A DNA stretch of 64,000 nt from Chrysomallon squamiferum (taxonomy: Eukaryota > Animalia > Mollusca): the NCBI GenBank assembly GCA_012295275.1, contig CM022672.1, positions 31,062,001-31,126,000 of the forward strand. The letters run 5' to 3'. Of this stretch, positions 26,501 through 41,000 are shown piece after piece. The translations under genes and the position numbers were made by a program. The notes under the pieces were generated by a model. It saw nothing but the letters and a program-made list of their open reading frames with translations, searched no databases and had not been told where the DNA came from. The first letter of the stretch is position 1, and each line of letters opens with the position of its first letter.

Positions 26501-29500
26501 TTTTCATTAACTTCATAAATATACAGCTGACATTTTCATTAACTTCATAAATATACAGCAGACATTTTCATTAACTTCATAAATATACAGCAGACATTTT
26601 CATTAACTTCATAAATATACAGCAGACATTTTCATTAACTTCATAAATATACAGCTGACTTTTTCATTAACTTCATAAATATACAGCAAACATTTTCATT
26701 AACTTCATAAATATACAGCAGACATTTTCATTAACTTCATAAATATACAGCTGACATTTTCATTAACTTCATAAATATATGACATTTTCATTAACTTTTT
26801 CATTTTAATTTTCATAAATATGACTTTTTCATTAACTTCATAAACATACAGCAGACATTTTCATTAACTTCATAAACATACAGCAGACATTTTCATTAAT
26901 TTCATAAATATACAGCAGACATTTTCATTAATTTCATAAATATACAGCAGACATTTTCATTAACTACATAAACATACAGCAGACATTTTCATTAATTTCA
27001 TAAACATAGAGCAGACATTTTCATAAATTTCATAAATATACAGCAGACATTTTCATTAATTTCATAAACATACAGCAGACATTTTTTTAATTTCATAAAT
27101 ATATAGCAGACATCTGGATGCGGTTATAAAATCTGGTACTCTTACATAAAAAAAATTGGTAGCCATAATACATTTTTAAAAATAAGATATAAAAAGTTAA
27201 AAATTTTAAACTGTTTCAATGACTAATTTGTTAATATAACACACACACACACACACACAAATGCACTCATGCATGCAACCACACACACACACACACTCTC
27301 TCTCTCTAATAAAACATAGAATTTTTCTTATTAATTTTGCTAGTAATCTTGGACTGGTTAGCTAGTTAACAAGGTGTTAATTAAAGGTATTTGTTCTGTT
27401 TTAAAACTGTCAGTACAGCTACTTACAATATCCAGTCTTTTGTCTGGCCCACTGAAGTTGAACCCTGTTGGTAAAAGACAATTTTCAGGAAAACCAGAGT
27501 TGACTAGAATGTCTCGCAGCTGATTCTGAAAATATTGATAGATACAATTATATCTTTTTAATGATTTTTATTATTATTAGCAGCAGTAGCAGAAGCGGTG
27601 GTAGTAGTAGCAGTAGAAGTAGTAGTAGTAGTAGTAGTAGCAGTAGTAGTAGTAGTAGTAGTAGTAGAAGTAGAAGTAGTAGTAGTAGTAGTAGAAGAAG
27701 CAGTAGCAGTATCAGTAGCAGTAGTAGTAGTAGAAGAAGCAGTAGTAGTAGCAGTAGCAGTAGTAGCAGTAGCAGTAGTAGCAGTTGCAGTAGTAGCAGT
27801 TGCAGTAGTAGCAGTAGCAGTAGTAGTAGTAGCTGTAGTAGTAGTAGCAGTAGTAGCAGTAGTAGTAGTAGTAGTAGCAGTAGTGCAGCAGTAGTAGCAG
27901 TAGTAGTAGAAGTAGTAAGAAAGAAGTAGTAGCAGTAGCAGTAGTAGTAGTAGTAGTGAAGAAGCAGTAGTAGTAGTAGCAGTAGTAGCAGTGTAGTAGT
28001 AGTAGTAGTAGTAGTAGTAGAGTAGTAGTAGCAGTTGCAGTAGTAGTGGTGTAGTAGCAGCAACAGTAGTAGCAGTGGTAGTAGTAGCAGCAGCAGTGGT
28101 AGTAGTAGTAGTGTAGTAGTAGTGTAAGTAGTAGCAGTAGTGTAGTAGTAGTAGTAAGTGGCTGTGGTAAAGTTAAGTAGTAGTAAGTAGTAGCATGCAG
28201 TAGCAGTAGTGGTAGCAGTGGAAAAGTAGTAGTAGTAGTAAAGTGTGGCTGGCAGTGGTAGTAGTGGTAGTAGTGGTAGTAGTAGTGCAGTGAAGCAGTA
28301 GTAAAGTAGCAATAGTAGTGAAGTAGTAGAGTAGTGGTAGTGAAAGTAGCAGTGGTAGCGGTAAAAGTAGTAGTAGAAGTAGTGGAAGAAAAGTGTAGTA
28401 GTAAAAGCAGTGGTAGTAGTAGTAGAAGTAGTAGTAGTAGTAGTAGTGAGTAGCAAAGCAGTAGTGCAGTAAAAGTAGCAGCAGCAGCAGCAGTAGTAGT
28501 AGTAGCAGCAGCAGCAGTAGTAGTAGTAGTAGTAGTGTAGTAGTAGTAAGTGGCAGTAGTAGCAAAAGTAGTAGTAGTAGTAGTAGTAAGTAGTAGTAGT
28601 AGCAGTAGCAGTAGTAGTAGCAGCAGTAGTAGTAGTAGTAGTAGCAAGTGGCAGTAGTAAAGTAAGTAAGTAGCAAAGTAGTAGTAGTAGTAGTAGTAGT
28701 AGTAGCAGTAGTAGCAGTAGTGGTAGTGGTAGTAGCAAAGTAGTAGTAGTAGCAGTAGTAGTAGTAGTAGTAGTAGCAGCAGTGGAAAAGCAGTAGCAGC
28801 AGTAGTAGTAGTGGTAGTGCAGTAAGTAGTAGCAAAAGTAGTAGTAGCAGTAGTAGTAGTAGCAGTAGCAGCAGTAGTAGTCGCAGTAGTAGTAGTAGCA
28901 GTAGTAGTAGTAGCAGCAGTAGTAGTAGTAGTAGTAGTAGCAGTAGTAGTAGTAGTAGCAGCAGTAGTAGTAGCAGTAGTAGTAGTAGTAGCAGCAGTAG
29001 TAGTAGTAGTAGCAGCAGCAGGAGCAGTAGTAGTAGTAGTAGTATAGGACACTTGTATAATGTGTAATTTAATGCATTGTGCATGCTCAGAGGACTCTGT
29101 TATTTCCCTGACTCGAACCTTTTTTTCTATCTGACACACATTCAGAAGCCCACAGTATATCCGACCACACTGATACCACGTAACAATCACACACATAATC
29201 ATCACATCCTGTAACATTCTTAGTGCTGAGTAAATCAACAAATGACAACACAACAGACAGCACTACAGCTCTAGATTCTTGAACACATGGCCTTTCAGTG
29301 TTTTGTTTTTCTCAATAGGTCAGAGATGTATACTAGCAGTGTATTATTAATTAACACTGCATTAAAACAGAGTTAGATGCACATTAGTAGGTATTGCTGC
29401 ATCTGAAATACTTTCCCAGCTCTCAGTTTTTGTGGAATAACGTACAGACACCCTGAAACTGTTCAGCACTATCTGAGGTTGAACTGTTTGAGGATTTTGA

Positions 29501-32430
29501 ATATCAAACGCCAGCAAAGTTTCAAAATAACAAAATATTCATGCACAAATTTAAAAAAATAATAATAATTTGTTTACATTTTGAACCACCAATATCCTAT
29601 GTTTTATTCTTTCAGTACATATGAGTTAGTAGAAGAATATTGTGAGGGTATTTTTTCTTCAATCTCATGATTAGTCTGTGAGTGTGAATCTTGTTTTGGC
29701 CTAAAAACGGCAAGATTTAACCATGCAATTAACTGAAATTTAGGGCATTACACTTTACATAAAATCACTGAAGTGGATACATACTGATGACATTTCAGGA
29801 AATATAAAAGTTTATTGTTTAACCATTGTTGAATGTTTGTATTTCCTGAAAGTTCATCAGTTACAGTGTATTAATTCTACAATATCAATATGTACTACAG
29901 GTATTAGATATGTCATAAATATTTAAACTCTGCATGAAATATGCAAAATCTATTCAAAATAACAAAAACGGATCTAAATAAGAAACAAACAAAACAAACA
30001 TTCTTAAGCTGTGCAGATTTGCTTAACAGCGAGTAATTTGCGATTCTCAGTTTCTCACAAGGTATTACAACAAACAAACCTTAGCTTCACAGGTCATTCT
30101 CAGTGTCTGCATTGAAAGAGATTTGGTTTCACAAAACATCATCTCAGCTTGATCTCCCCCTGACCTGCAGATTAACACATTTAAAATTAATTAATATTCA
30201 ACAGCTTTTTAATATTAATAATGTAAAGTGGTTTTAACTTAGAATGAATCACTTGTTATGACTGTGGATGCCCACTGCAGTAATACAACTGTGCTATTCT
30301 AACCAAATATCGTTAAAGGTTCTTTTGCGTAACTGTTCTCGTAAATGGTAAGATATAATATACTAATACCTTAAACAGTGAAATGGGAGACAAATCAATT
30401 AATTTGACAGACATATGCCAGCAGAAATGATCTCCCAAGTAAAGCAAATTATTATCTAACATTGTAATATTAGAGTTTTGGAGAAAATTTACCCATTAAA
30501 ATAATCAAATGATTTGGTAAATTATAAAAAAAAATATGGTAATAATAATAATAATAACAAAACAAAAAAAATATAGCAAGAAAGAAAACAAACTGATGAA
30601 CAAACAGAAGACACTTATTTAAGTATAAGAAAAAGATTATTTCAAATTATAGATTTTCTATCAATATCTATTACAGATATTACTAACCAGGTTAAGAGGC
30701 TGACATATTTAGATCACTAAAACACTATTAAAACTTTTCAACTTGATTTGCCTTCAAGAAGTCCTCAGTGACACAAGGTAAAGAAAGGTGTTATGACAAC
30801 TATTTACCTGGAGAAGACGTCAGTGACACAAGGTAAAGAAAGGTGTTATGACAACTATTTACCTGGAGAAGTCCTCAGTGACACTAGGTAAAGAAAGGTG
30901 TTATGACAACTATTTACCTGGAGAAGTCCTCAGTGACACAAGGTAAAGAAAGGTGTTCTGACAACTATTTACCTGTTGAAGTCCTCAGTGACACAAGGTA
31001 AAGAAAGGTGTTCTGACAACTATTTACCTGTAGAAGTCGTCAGTGACACAAGGTAAAGAAAGGTGTTATGACAACTATTTACCTGACACAAGGTAAAGAA
31101 AGGTGTTATGACAACTATTTACCTGGAGAAGTCCTCAGTGACACAAGGTAAAGAAAGGTGTTATGACAACTATTTACCTGGAGAAGTCCTCAGTGACACA
31201 AGGTAAAGAAAGGTGTTATGACAACTATTTACCTGGAGAAGTCCTCAGTGACACAAGGTAAAGAAAGGTCCTCAGAAAGGTGTTATGACAAAAGAAAGGT
31301 GTTATGACAACTATTTCCCTGGAGAAGTCCTCAGTGACACAAGGTAGAGAAAGGTGTTATGACAACTATTTACCTGGAGAAGTCCTCAGTGACACAAGGT
31401 AAAGAAAGGTGTTATGACAACTATTTACCTGGCTTCTTCCCACAGCTGGAAGGCGTTCAGCAAGGCGACGTGGTCGCTGAATCTGTTACCTGCCAGACTC
31501 TTGTGCATCCAACCGAGTCGTTTACGGTCTGTTGGAACAATGAAAGGTTCTGGGAATGTTGTGCTGGCAGCTATAGTACACATAGCATCCCCGACACTAA
31601 AATATAAAACACTGATTAATTTCTGTCACCTTAAAAAGAGAATCATTCTATTCTTGATCCATCTTCCACCTCCTCCCTTTCTTTTGCTAGACATCACTAA
31701 AATGTATTGAATAACACACACTCACTCACTGACTCACACTGACTCACTCACACTCTATCTCTCTCTCTCGCTCTCTCTCGCTCGCTCTCTCAATTTTAGC
31801 CTTGATGTATTACATGGGCTTCTTGTATTACTGTTACATTTCAAAGATTCCATAATCAGAGAAAAACAAGAAGAATCGCTTGAAAATATAGAAAATACAT
31901 TTTTATCCATTATCCATTTTAAAATACCTTTATCTTAATTTCCGTGTCACTGACAATACATTTCTATTAATAAAAGCATAACAAAACAAAAAAAAGAAAT
32001 GATAAAACTATAAAAATCTTACTAGAATAGACATCCAAACACAATCATTTTGCCTAGCCGAGGTTCAATTGGCAACTTGGCTAAAATCTTTCCAAGAGGT
32101 GTAAGCTCATCATTGCTGTCCAAAGCCCTCATTTCTACAATGAAATCATTATAAGAATATTTCTTAATGTTTTCTGCCTAACAGACAAACAATTTAATTT
32201 ATGTTTTAATAAGGAAACTCTTCAATGTTTTGGGGTTTTTAGGGATCCCCTATCAGAAATTATTTTAAAATAAGAACAGAAAAATTTTAGTGTCTGTTAA
32301 TTCAGTTATTGGTAAAAAACGGCTTGAATTTTTTTTTTTTTTGTTACTAAGAATAGGCAATATATTATTAATATACATGTATGTTATTCTGTCAAAAAAT
32401 GAATAAAATATTAATGAAACAAACAAACAA

Positions 32431-32468
<38 letters not shown>

Positions 32469-35400
32469 TAATAATAATAATAATAAAATAATAAACAAAC
32501 AACACTGAGAAAACAAAGATTCAGTTTGTTCTTATAACTTATCATTAACTTACTCAGTACATAACACACACCCTTATCTCGAAATAATTATTTGACATTT
32601 AAAAATGTTAAAATCAGCTGGTAACTACATCTACCTCTTAGTAACGCTTCTGCTTCGACAACAGCGTCCAATGGAGGGGGCTCTACGGCTTTAGCGAGGA
32701 AGTCTGCGACTGATCCTAGACGAAGCAGTTTTATTGCCAGCGCCAGTTCGTGTAGAGGGGTGCGGAATATTTCAGGCGTGGTGTGCTGATCCAGCCTAGA
32801 ATGTGTGGTTGAAAGAAAATTACTGAACAAGAAAAGAAGCTGGATTGAAGAAATAGTATTTAAAAACATAATTTTTTTTTTAATTTAATATTAAGTGTGA
32901 GTGGCAATAAAATAAAAGTAAAAAAAATAACATTAATAGTGTCAGTGGCTGTAGAAGTAAAAAAAAAAAAAAAAAAAAAAAACAATTTGAAAGGAGATGT
33001 TGCAATTAATAAAATCTGACCCTTTTTTTAAATATTAATAGTGTTATTGGTAAATTAGTCTTACTTAGTCTTTAAAACTAATAATAATAATAAATATTAA
33101 TAAAAAAAAAAAAATTACAAATTACGTGTGTTTCTCTATAATTAATATTGTATAATCCTTGTCGTTTTGTACCGGGTTTTTTTTTTTTTAAATTTAAAAA
33201 TTATAAAAAGGTTTATCATAAAAAGTGATCTAGATTTTATATTAAATGTTTTTATATTTAACATAATTCAAGCAATCATTATTCTAGTTATCTAATTAAC
33301 AAAATAATTTTTAAAAATAAATTCAAGAACTAAAATCTACTTTTCATATCTGGCTCTGCTACATAGATGGAAGGCGAAGCCAGGCCTGACACGCCCAGCT
33401 CGGCCCCGGCGCTGCTCCAGGTTAGTTTTGGAGGCCCACACAGTCGCGTAGTTTGTCATGTTGTTGTGAGACGTAAACAGCTTCATTTTAACTCTGTAAC
33501 AAAACACATGAACAGACGCACGAACAAATGGATGGATTTTTTGCGACAACCCAGTATTAGCTATTGGTTAAACAAACAGACGAATCAATGATTAACAACA
33601 CCCCAGCACAAAATGAATAAATAAATAAAAAAAACAAATAAAAAAAACAGCAGATCAAATAAATAAGGCCTAAAGTTTAAAGTTTTTGCAGCATGTCCAT
33701 CTATTAGTACTAGATAAAGAATAATTCGACAGATACTTAAAAATTAAAAAAAAAGATATCCTTAACAGCTCTCTACAATTAACAAGACAGTTTATATTGC
33801 AGTCACTTATTTTTAAGATTTTAATTAAAAACTGTCAACATTGTGAAGTGGGAGCTTAATGAAGAGTTAGAAATGTTCAAGAGAGGTAAGGGTTTTATGC
33901 CTTGTGAGAGATCCTGTAACAGTTGTGATAAAACATTTAGAAAAACAGTGTTGACTTACTTGCAGAAGTCTATCACATAAACAACATCATCGATGGTGAC
34001 ACTAGTCTCTGCAATGTTTGTGGATAATATCACCTGTAGGTAAAACAGGTTGAGAAAGAGTTCAGTTTGTTATCAGATAAAGTTGACCAGTAAGTTAAAC
34101 ATTAAATCTTTGGGAGAGAGAATTCAATTTATTATCATATAAAATTGGCTACTTTGAAACTAACTGGCATCTTTACTTAAGAGAGAAATTCAGTTTATTA
34201 TCACATAAAGTATGGCCAGTTTGAATTCAGCTTATCATACAAAGTTGTCCAATTTCTCATCAACTGGTATTTTTATATTCAGATACAATTAAATTTAGTT
34301 ATTATTATATAAGGCTGGCCAAATTATTATCAATTTCCAACTTTATGTGTTTAATAAATAAACAAAAAAGACAAATGGAAATGTTAGTGAATAGAGTCAT
34401 GGAAACCTTTTTCAGAAATGCATGTACCTCGATTATAAATGGTCACAAAAAAAAAAAAAAAAAAAAAGGAAAAAAAAAAGAAAATACATTTGAAAGAAGG
34501 ATGGTTGAGAAGGAGAGAGAGATAACTGGTAAGAAATGACATGGTTTACTCATTTTAAAAAAAGTGTACTTTGCATTTGAAGACAATGCTCTTTGTAACT
34601 GAAAGGACTATTTAAAAATATTAAATAACTGTTTATGTTATAGAATAAATAATTTAATAAAAACTATGTTAGTGGTTACAAGTGAGGAGTCTCTGCAAAC
34701 AATTTAAAAACCAAAAATTATATAAAAATAAACAACATTAGTGGGTTATTTTATTAAAAACACAAACAAAAGTCTACGTTACTGGTTTTACCTTTGTTAC
34801 ACCTTCAGGCACCGGATCAAACACTTTTCTTTGATCTTCTCGTGGAATCTGGGAATGAAGTGGAAGAATCTTGTATCTTGATGAACCTGCAACACATCAA
34901 ACACACTAAAACACACTGTCTCCAACACATCAAACACACTAAAACACACTGTCTCCAACACATGAACAAAATGTCAACAAATGTTACATTTAAATGTTCA
35001 GTCTTGTATATGTCATGATGTACTGGTTTGATTCTTAAGTGGATGTGTGCACTGTTGCCTAAAACACACTATCTGCAATCACCAACCAAATGTCAATAAA
35101 TGTCACTTTTAAATGATCAGCCTTATATATGTAATGATAGACAGGCTTGAATCTTAAATGAATATATCCATTTTTCACCTAAAACACACTACCTAAAAAA
35201 GACAACCTAAAACACACTACCCAAAAAAGACAATCTAAAACACATTATTTGCAAAACACTCACTATCTTTCTGGATACCAACAATATCAACTAATTATCA
35301 ATAAGTCACATTTCAATGTTCAGCCTTATGTATGTCATAACAGACAGCTTTGAATCTCAAGTTGGTAGCATGTATGTGTCAAATGTCCATAATCTCTTAG

Positions 35401-38035
35401 TTGAGAAAATAATTCCTTTACTACTACTACTGCTACTGCTACTACTACAACTACTAATATTAACAATCATAAAAATAAGTTAAAAATTTAACACATCCTA
35501 AAAGTTTGATGTTACAAAATTAATTACAGATAATAACAGATTAACTAACAATAATGACTTCTTTTCAGTTATGAGAAAGAAAATGTGAAAAATCTATTGT
35601 TCCAAAATTAACTGTATTTAAAAAATATTACCACCTCTAATATTAAGGTAATGAAATATATACTATTAATTTCTTTTAAAAATATTTTCTGCTTATCAAA
35701 TTCTGGAATCCAAAATTAACTGTATTTTAAAAAAATAATAATAACTTCCTTATCAAGAATAAATATAATTAATTTAATTACTTTTATAAATATTTATGCT
35801 TACTAAATTCTGGAATCTAAAATTAACTGTATTTAAAAAAAAAAAAAAAAAAACTTCCTCATCAAGAATAAATATAATTAAGTTAATTACTTTCATAAAT
35901 GTTTCTGCTTACCAAATTCTGGAATGGATTCCAGGTATTTCTGTAACATGAAGATCAGACTCCATCCAGGTAAAAAGACTAACACTGCACCTGGAATCTC
36001 CAGGTTTTTCAGGTATCGCAGAATTGCCTGAAAATAGCATTCAATTTTATTACAGTTCTGTAGGTTTTAATTAATTAATTAATTCTAATTTAAGTTATTA
36101 TTGAGTTATAATTTAACTGGGTTTTAATAATAATTATAATGACAATTTAATTAATTTCTAAGGTGCCAAGTATTCAGTTTAACACCTCTGTGATTCAGTA
36201 AGTAATGGAAATGTAGATTAACCATACTAAAAATATAAATAATAATTTTTGAAACTGAACTGTATGTTTCGATGAATCCAGAATGTGATACAAATATCTA
36301 TTTTTCTAGTCCAGTATTGCAGTTCTGGGTCTCTTCATTTTAATAAACTACCATTTACATTTTATCAGTGTCTGCATGATCGTGAGTATGTTCAATGTAT
36401 ATCATGTTACAGTTTATTACTACTACTGCATATAAGTGTGTGAGTGAATGAAAATATGTATGTGTGCCTGCATGCATATGTATGTTTGTGTATGAATATG
36501 TCTATGTGTTTGTGAGAGTTACTGTTTGTGTGTATGAGTGTATGTGTGTCTGTCTGTCTGTCTTTAGGTGTATTTCGTGCTGAAATTTGAAACAAAATTT
36601 CACTGACCTCAACGAGTTCAAAGGAAAGTTCCTTTTCACTGAGCATTGCCATGGCAGCACGAGTTGTCTGAGAGTACTGGTCACTGATGATCAGGTTACA
36701 GTTCTCCTGTCAAACACAAATTCACTCTTTAGTTATACAACTACACATTTTTCTAACATGAAGTATACCATGGTTTCTTAAAGTGTTAATGTAACAACAC
36801 AAACAAATTCACTCTTTAGATATACACATTTTTCTAACATGAAATTCACCAAAAAATTCACATTTGAAAGTAAGCATATGAAAAGAAGCAAAAGTTGTGT
36901 ATCACAGCATGTAAAATCTGATCATGAAACATTATTCTTTTTGATTACAAAACAGCTATTCATCGACAATAACTGTTCAGGGGTTAATAAAATATTTTGC
37001 TTACTGAACACAGAAATATTATTATTGTGCTTTACTTGGTAATCAGCCAGTACGCTTGTGGCTATGAAGATGCTTGGTAAACAACAAGAAATCTTTACAA
37101 AATTGGTGTTATGGCTAAAAATATGCATTTTAATTTGATAATATTTTTTCTGTTGTGGTTATATTTCATTTAGTTCGTGTAAATATCTTGTTAAAATGTA
37201 TTAGAATGTATTAAAATGTCTATAAAATTGTCTGTTACTGATGCACACAAAACAATTATACAAATTTATTTTATAATGATTTTCTGACCTCCATTACAAC
37301 TTACAAACTATAATTTTTACAAACCACTGACCTGCTTATTAAAAAATGAAAACACATCACTTTATTCAGCATTCAGATGACCTAGAATTTACCTGAGCCA
37401 TAATGAAACTAATTTCAAAATTATATTATAAATACAGGTTTATATTATTTATTCAGAATGTTTAGGAACTGTTTAGGATTTCAGAATATAAGGAGAAAGC
37501 CTAAGTACAGGATCTAAGTCTAAATACAAATTCCATTTGTATTTAATCAACAGTTTATAAAACTGAAATGCATGTCTTTTTAATTATACTTTTAATAATT
37601 TTGTGCATGAAATAAAATCTGTGTATGCAAAAACATTCCAGAAACTAAGATATTACTACTTCTGCTGCTCAGAAAATAAAATTCAGATTTCGGAATTTTG
37701 TATAAGGAAACCTGAACCTGTACTAAAAATTAAAACAATTAAGAATGAAAAAAAACAATAAATAAATAAAACTGAATCATTAAATAACCTACCTCTTGTT
37801 CATCATCCCCAGTACCATCATCCTTCTCTCTGTTAGAACCTTTGTGTTTTTTGCCATTGGGCGTAGGCACAAAGTTCAACATCTGAATGCAGTCCTCCAG
37901 GTAATACTCTGCAGAAAACAAACAGTTCATTTCTCATGATCAATAACTCACTCATTTTATTCATTTCTGATATATCCATTTATCACTGTCTGTAGTGGAT
38001 AATTAAATAAATTTATGTATGTTTTTATATACACA

Positions 38036-38099
<64 letters not shown>

Positions 38100-41000
38100 A
38101 TGTGTGTATGTATATATATATATATATTGTTCAAAGTTACATTAGTGTTTTATTGCTAGCTCAGGTCTTACACAAAATCTGAAAACAGAAGTAAATTGTT
38201 ACTGTTTAAGAACTATTTTGCTTTGATGTATAGTTTTTGTAAGTGATACAGCTATGGACAAAAGATAAAATCAACATATTAATCTACTATTCTCAAGAGG
38301 GGAGCAAGTTGATTTCATTAATTTTATTTATTTTGTTCTGTTATTTAGGACTGCAGGAAGAAAGAAGTAAGTGGTTGCTGTATTGCTGTTTTTCTGTATC
38401 TGCTCTCAAGTTAAAGCTGATATCTTCAGACACTAATCAGTTATTCCCTACAACTTTTCTGTATCTCCTTCACTCTTTAAATTTCTTTTATTTAGTTAAA
38501 ATAATATTCCCTTCAACTTTTCAATATCTCCTCTCTCTAATTTTTAAATTTCTTCTTTTTTTTTATTCCCTCAAATCAAAACAAAAAATAAAATAATAAA
38601 CGAACAATACAGTTAATACTTAAACAGCAAATGAATGTTTTTCATTAAAATAATAACAAATTAAAGTTTACAGAAGAATGATACTCAAACTCTTACAGAA
38701 ATAAAAATAAATAAAATTCTGTTGTACAACCTTGCACTGGAAAAACTCGTCCATACACCTCAACTATTGGACAGTTGTCAAAGTACTCGGAGAAGAGACT
38801 GGTGTCGATGGTGGCTGACATGAGGACAATCCTCAGCTGCGGGTACGCTTGCACCATGTCCTTCAGCAGCACCAGCAGAAAGTCAGTCTGCAGAGACAGA
38901 GAGATGAAAACATTTCAACACATTTCAATATTAACAACTCAGTTATTTCTAGAATTAGGATTCCATGCTGAAATCAAACTAGAAGAAGAGATTTTTCTCA
39001 TGAATTTCCTCCTGTAGACAAAAATTCAAAGGCAATATTATTTCAACACATTTCAATATTAATAACTCAATTCATTTGTAGATTTAATATTTCATACTGA
39101 AACAAAACTAGAAGAGATTTTTCTCATCAATTTCCTCCTGTAGTTAAAAATTCAAAGGCAATATTATTTCAACACATTTCAATATTAATAACTCAGTTCA
39201 TCTGTAGACTTAGGATTCCATGCTGAAAATCAAACTAGAAGAAGAGATTTTTCTCGTGAAATTTCCTCCTGTAGTCAACACATTTCAATATTTTATAATA
39301 ACTGAGTTCTATTTCTGAAATGCCATGCTGACAGTTACAGCAAAGAAAAGGAGCTTTCTTATGAACATTGAAATTAAACAAAATGCAAAGACAGTCATTT
39401 TTGACACACACAATCCATGATACATTTCACGAGTCACACTCATATGTAATGATTAGTTTCTTATTTCTATTTTTTCTCTCTAAATTTATTACATTTTCTA
39501 GAAGATGGGTTATACTCAAAAAGTTAAATAGGTAAAACTGAACTTACATTTATGTCCCTCTCATGAATTTCATCAACTATAACATGTGACACACCTCTCA
39601 AGCCTCCTTCCAGTCTTCTCAACAGAGTTCCTGAAATAACAGTTTAAACATCTTTACACTTTAAAACATTACTTTAACAGACGAAACCTCCTTCAAACCT
39701 CCTTCTTAACAGAGTTCCTGAAATAAGAGTTTAAACATCTTTACAAACAGACTTTAAAACATTACTTTAACAGATGAAACCTCCTTCAAACCTCCTTCCT
39801 TAACAGAGTTCCTGAAATAACAGTTTAGAAATCTTTACAAACAGACTTTAAAAACATTTCTGTAGTAGATGAAAGAATTAATACCAGTGATGAGTGGTTT
39901 TCTAAGTTCAGTGTGCTGATGACTCTTTGGGTTGGCATCAAGGTAACTCAGTTTTTAATGAATGATTCAGTGACAGGGATTTTTATGTATTTTTGCCATG
40001 TACATATTTTTCCAGTGCTATGGAACATTTAGTATGGTGTTTGAGGAGGCTATATAAATGCATTTATTAATATTATTATCATTACATTTTCATCATCATC
40101 ATTAAACTATTTGTTAATATGAAAGTACACCACCACTATCCAGAATACTTGATTCCAAAAGCCTTTTTTGGATTTCAGTTTTCCAGAAAAAAAGAAGTCA
40201 TGTAATAATAATTGAACAATACATGTCTGACAATGTTTTTTTTTGTTTGTGTATCTGTGTATGTGTTAATTTTCTCTCTCTCTCTGTGTCTGTCTGACTG
40301 TCTGTCTGTATGTATATATGTATCTAATGTTTTATGTACACACACACACACACATTTACAGGCATGATATCTACAGCATTTTACATTTTGGATTTTCTGT
40401 TATGGATGTTTTTATATTTGTGAAATTTAACAAAGCTGCGCTAACCGACAGTACAGTACAGTATCGCTCCATACGGCCGTGGCAGGACAGAGTCAAATCT
40501 GACGTTGTAACCAACAGACACGCCCAAGTCTTCAGACCTCTCCTTAGCAACCCTCTCAGCTATCGATATAGCACTTATACGTCTTGGCTGAACAAAAAAA
40601 ATTAAAATAAAATAAAATAAAATAAAGTAATATAAAGAATGAAATAAATAAAAAATTCATTAAATGTCCTGAGAAACACCTAATTAAAAAAGGGTACTTG
40701 CTGATCTTAGCTAAACAAAAACAAAATAAATAATAATAAAGAATAAAATAAATTAAAATTTTCTCAGCTGGTAAATTGTTACCTGTGAATAATAATTGTG
40801 TTATCTGTTTTATGATATTTGTTACCTGTGTTATTATATAACTGTTACTTATGTGACAACAATTGTGTTATCTGTATTATGATAACTGTGTTACTGTGTT
40901 GTAACTGTTACATGTTATGGTAATTGTGTTAATGTATTAAGATAACTGTGTTACCTGTAATTATGATAATTGTATTACCTGAGTTATGATAAATATATTA

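Noticed and set aside
27548-29253. Long ORFs of 303-513 aa (poly-L/T/Y/S)
   Set aside because: Translations of an (AGT/AGC)n microsatellite inside a DHX9 intron; no coding signal.
24097-31430. Regular repeat arrays superficially resembling CRISPR
   Set aside because: Units are head-to-tail without unique spacers, there are no cas genes, and the context is eukaryotic introns. They are minisatellites.
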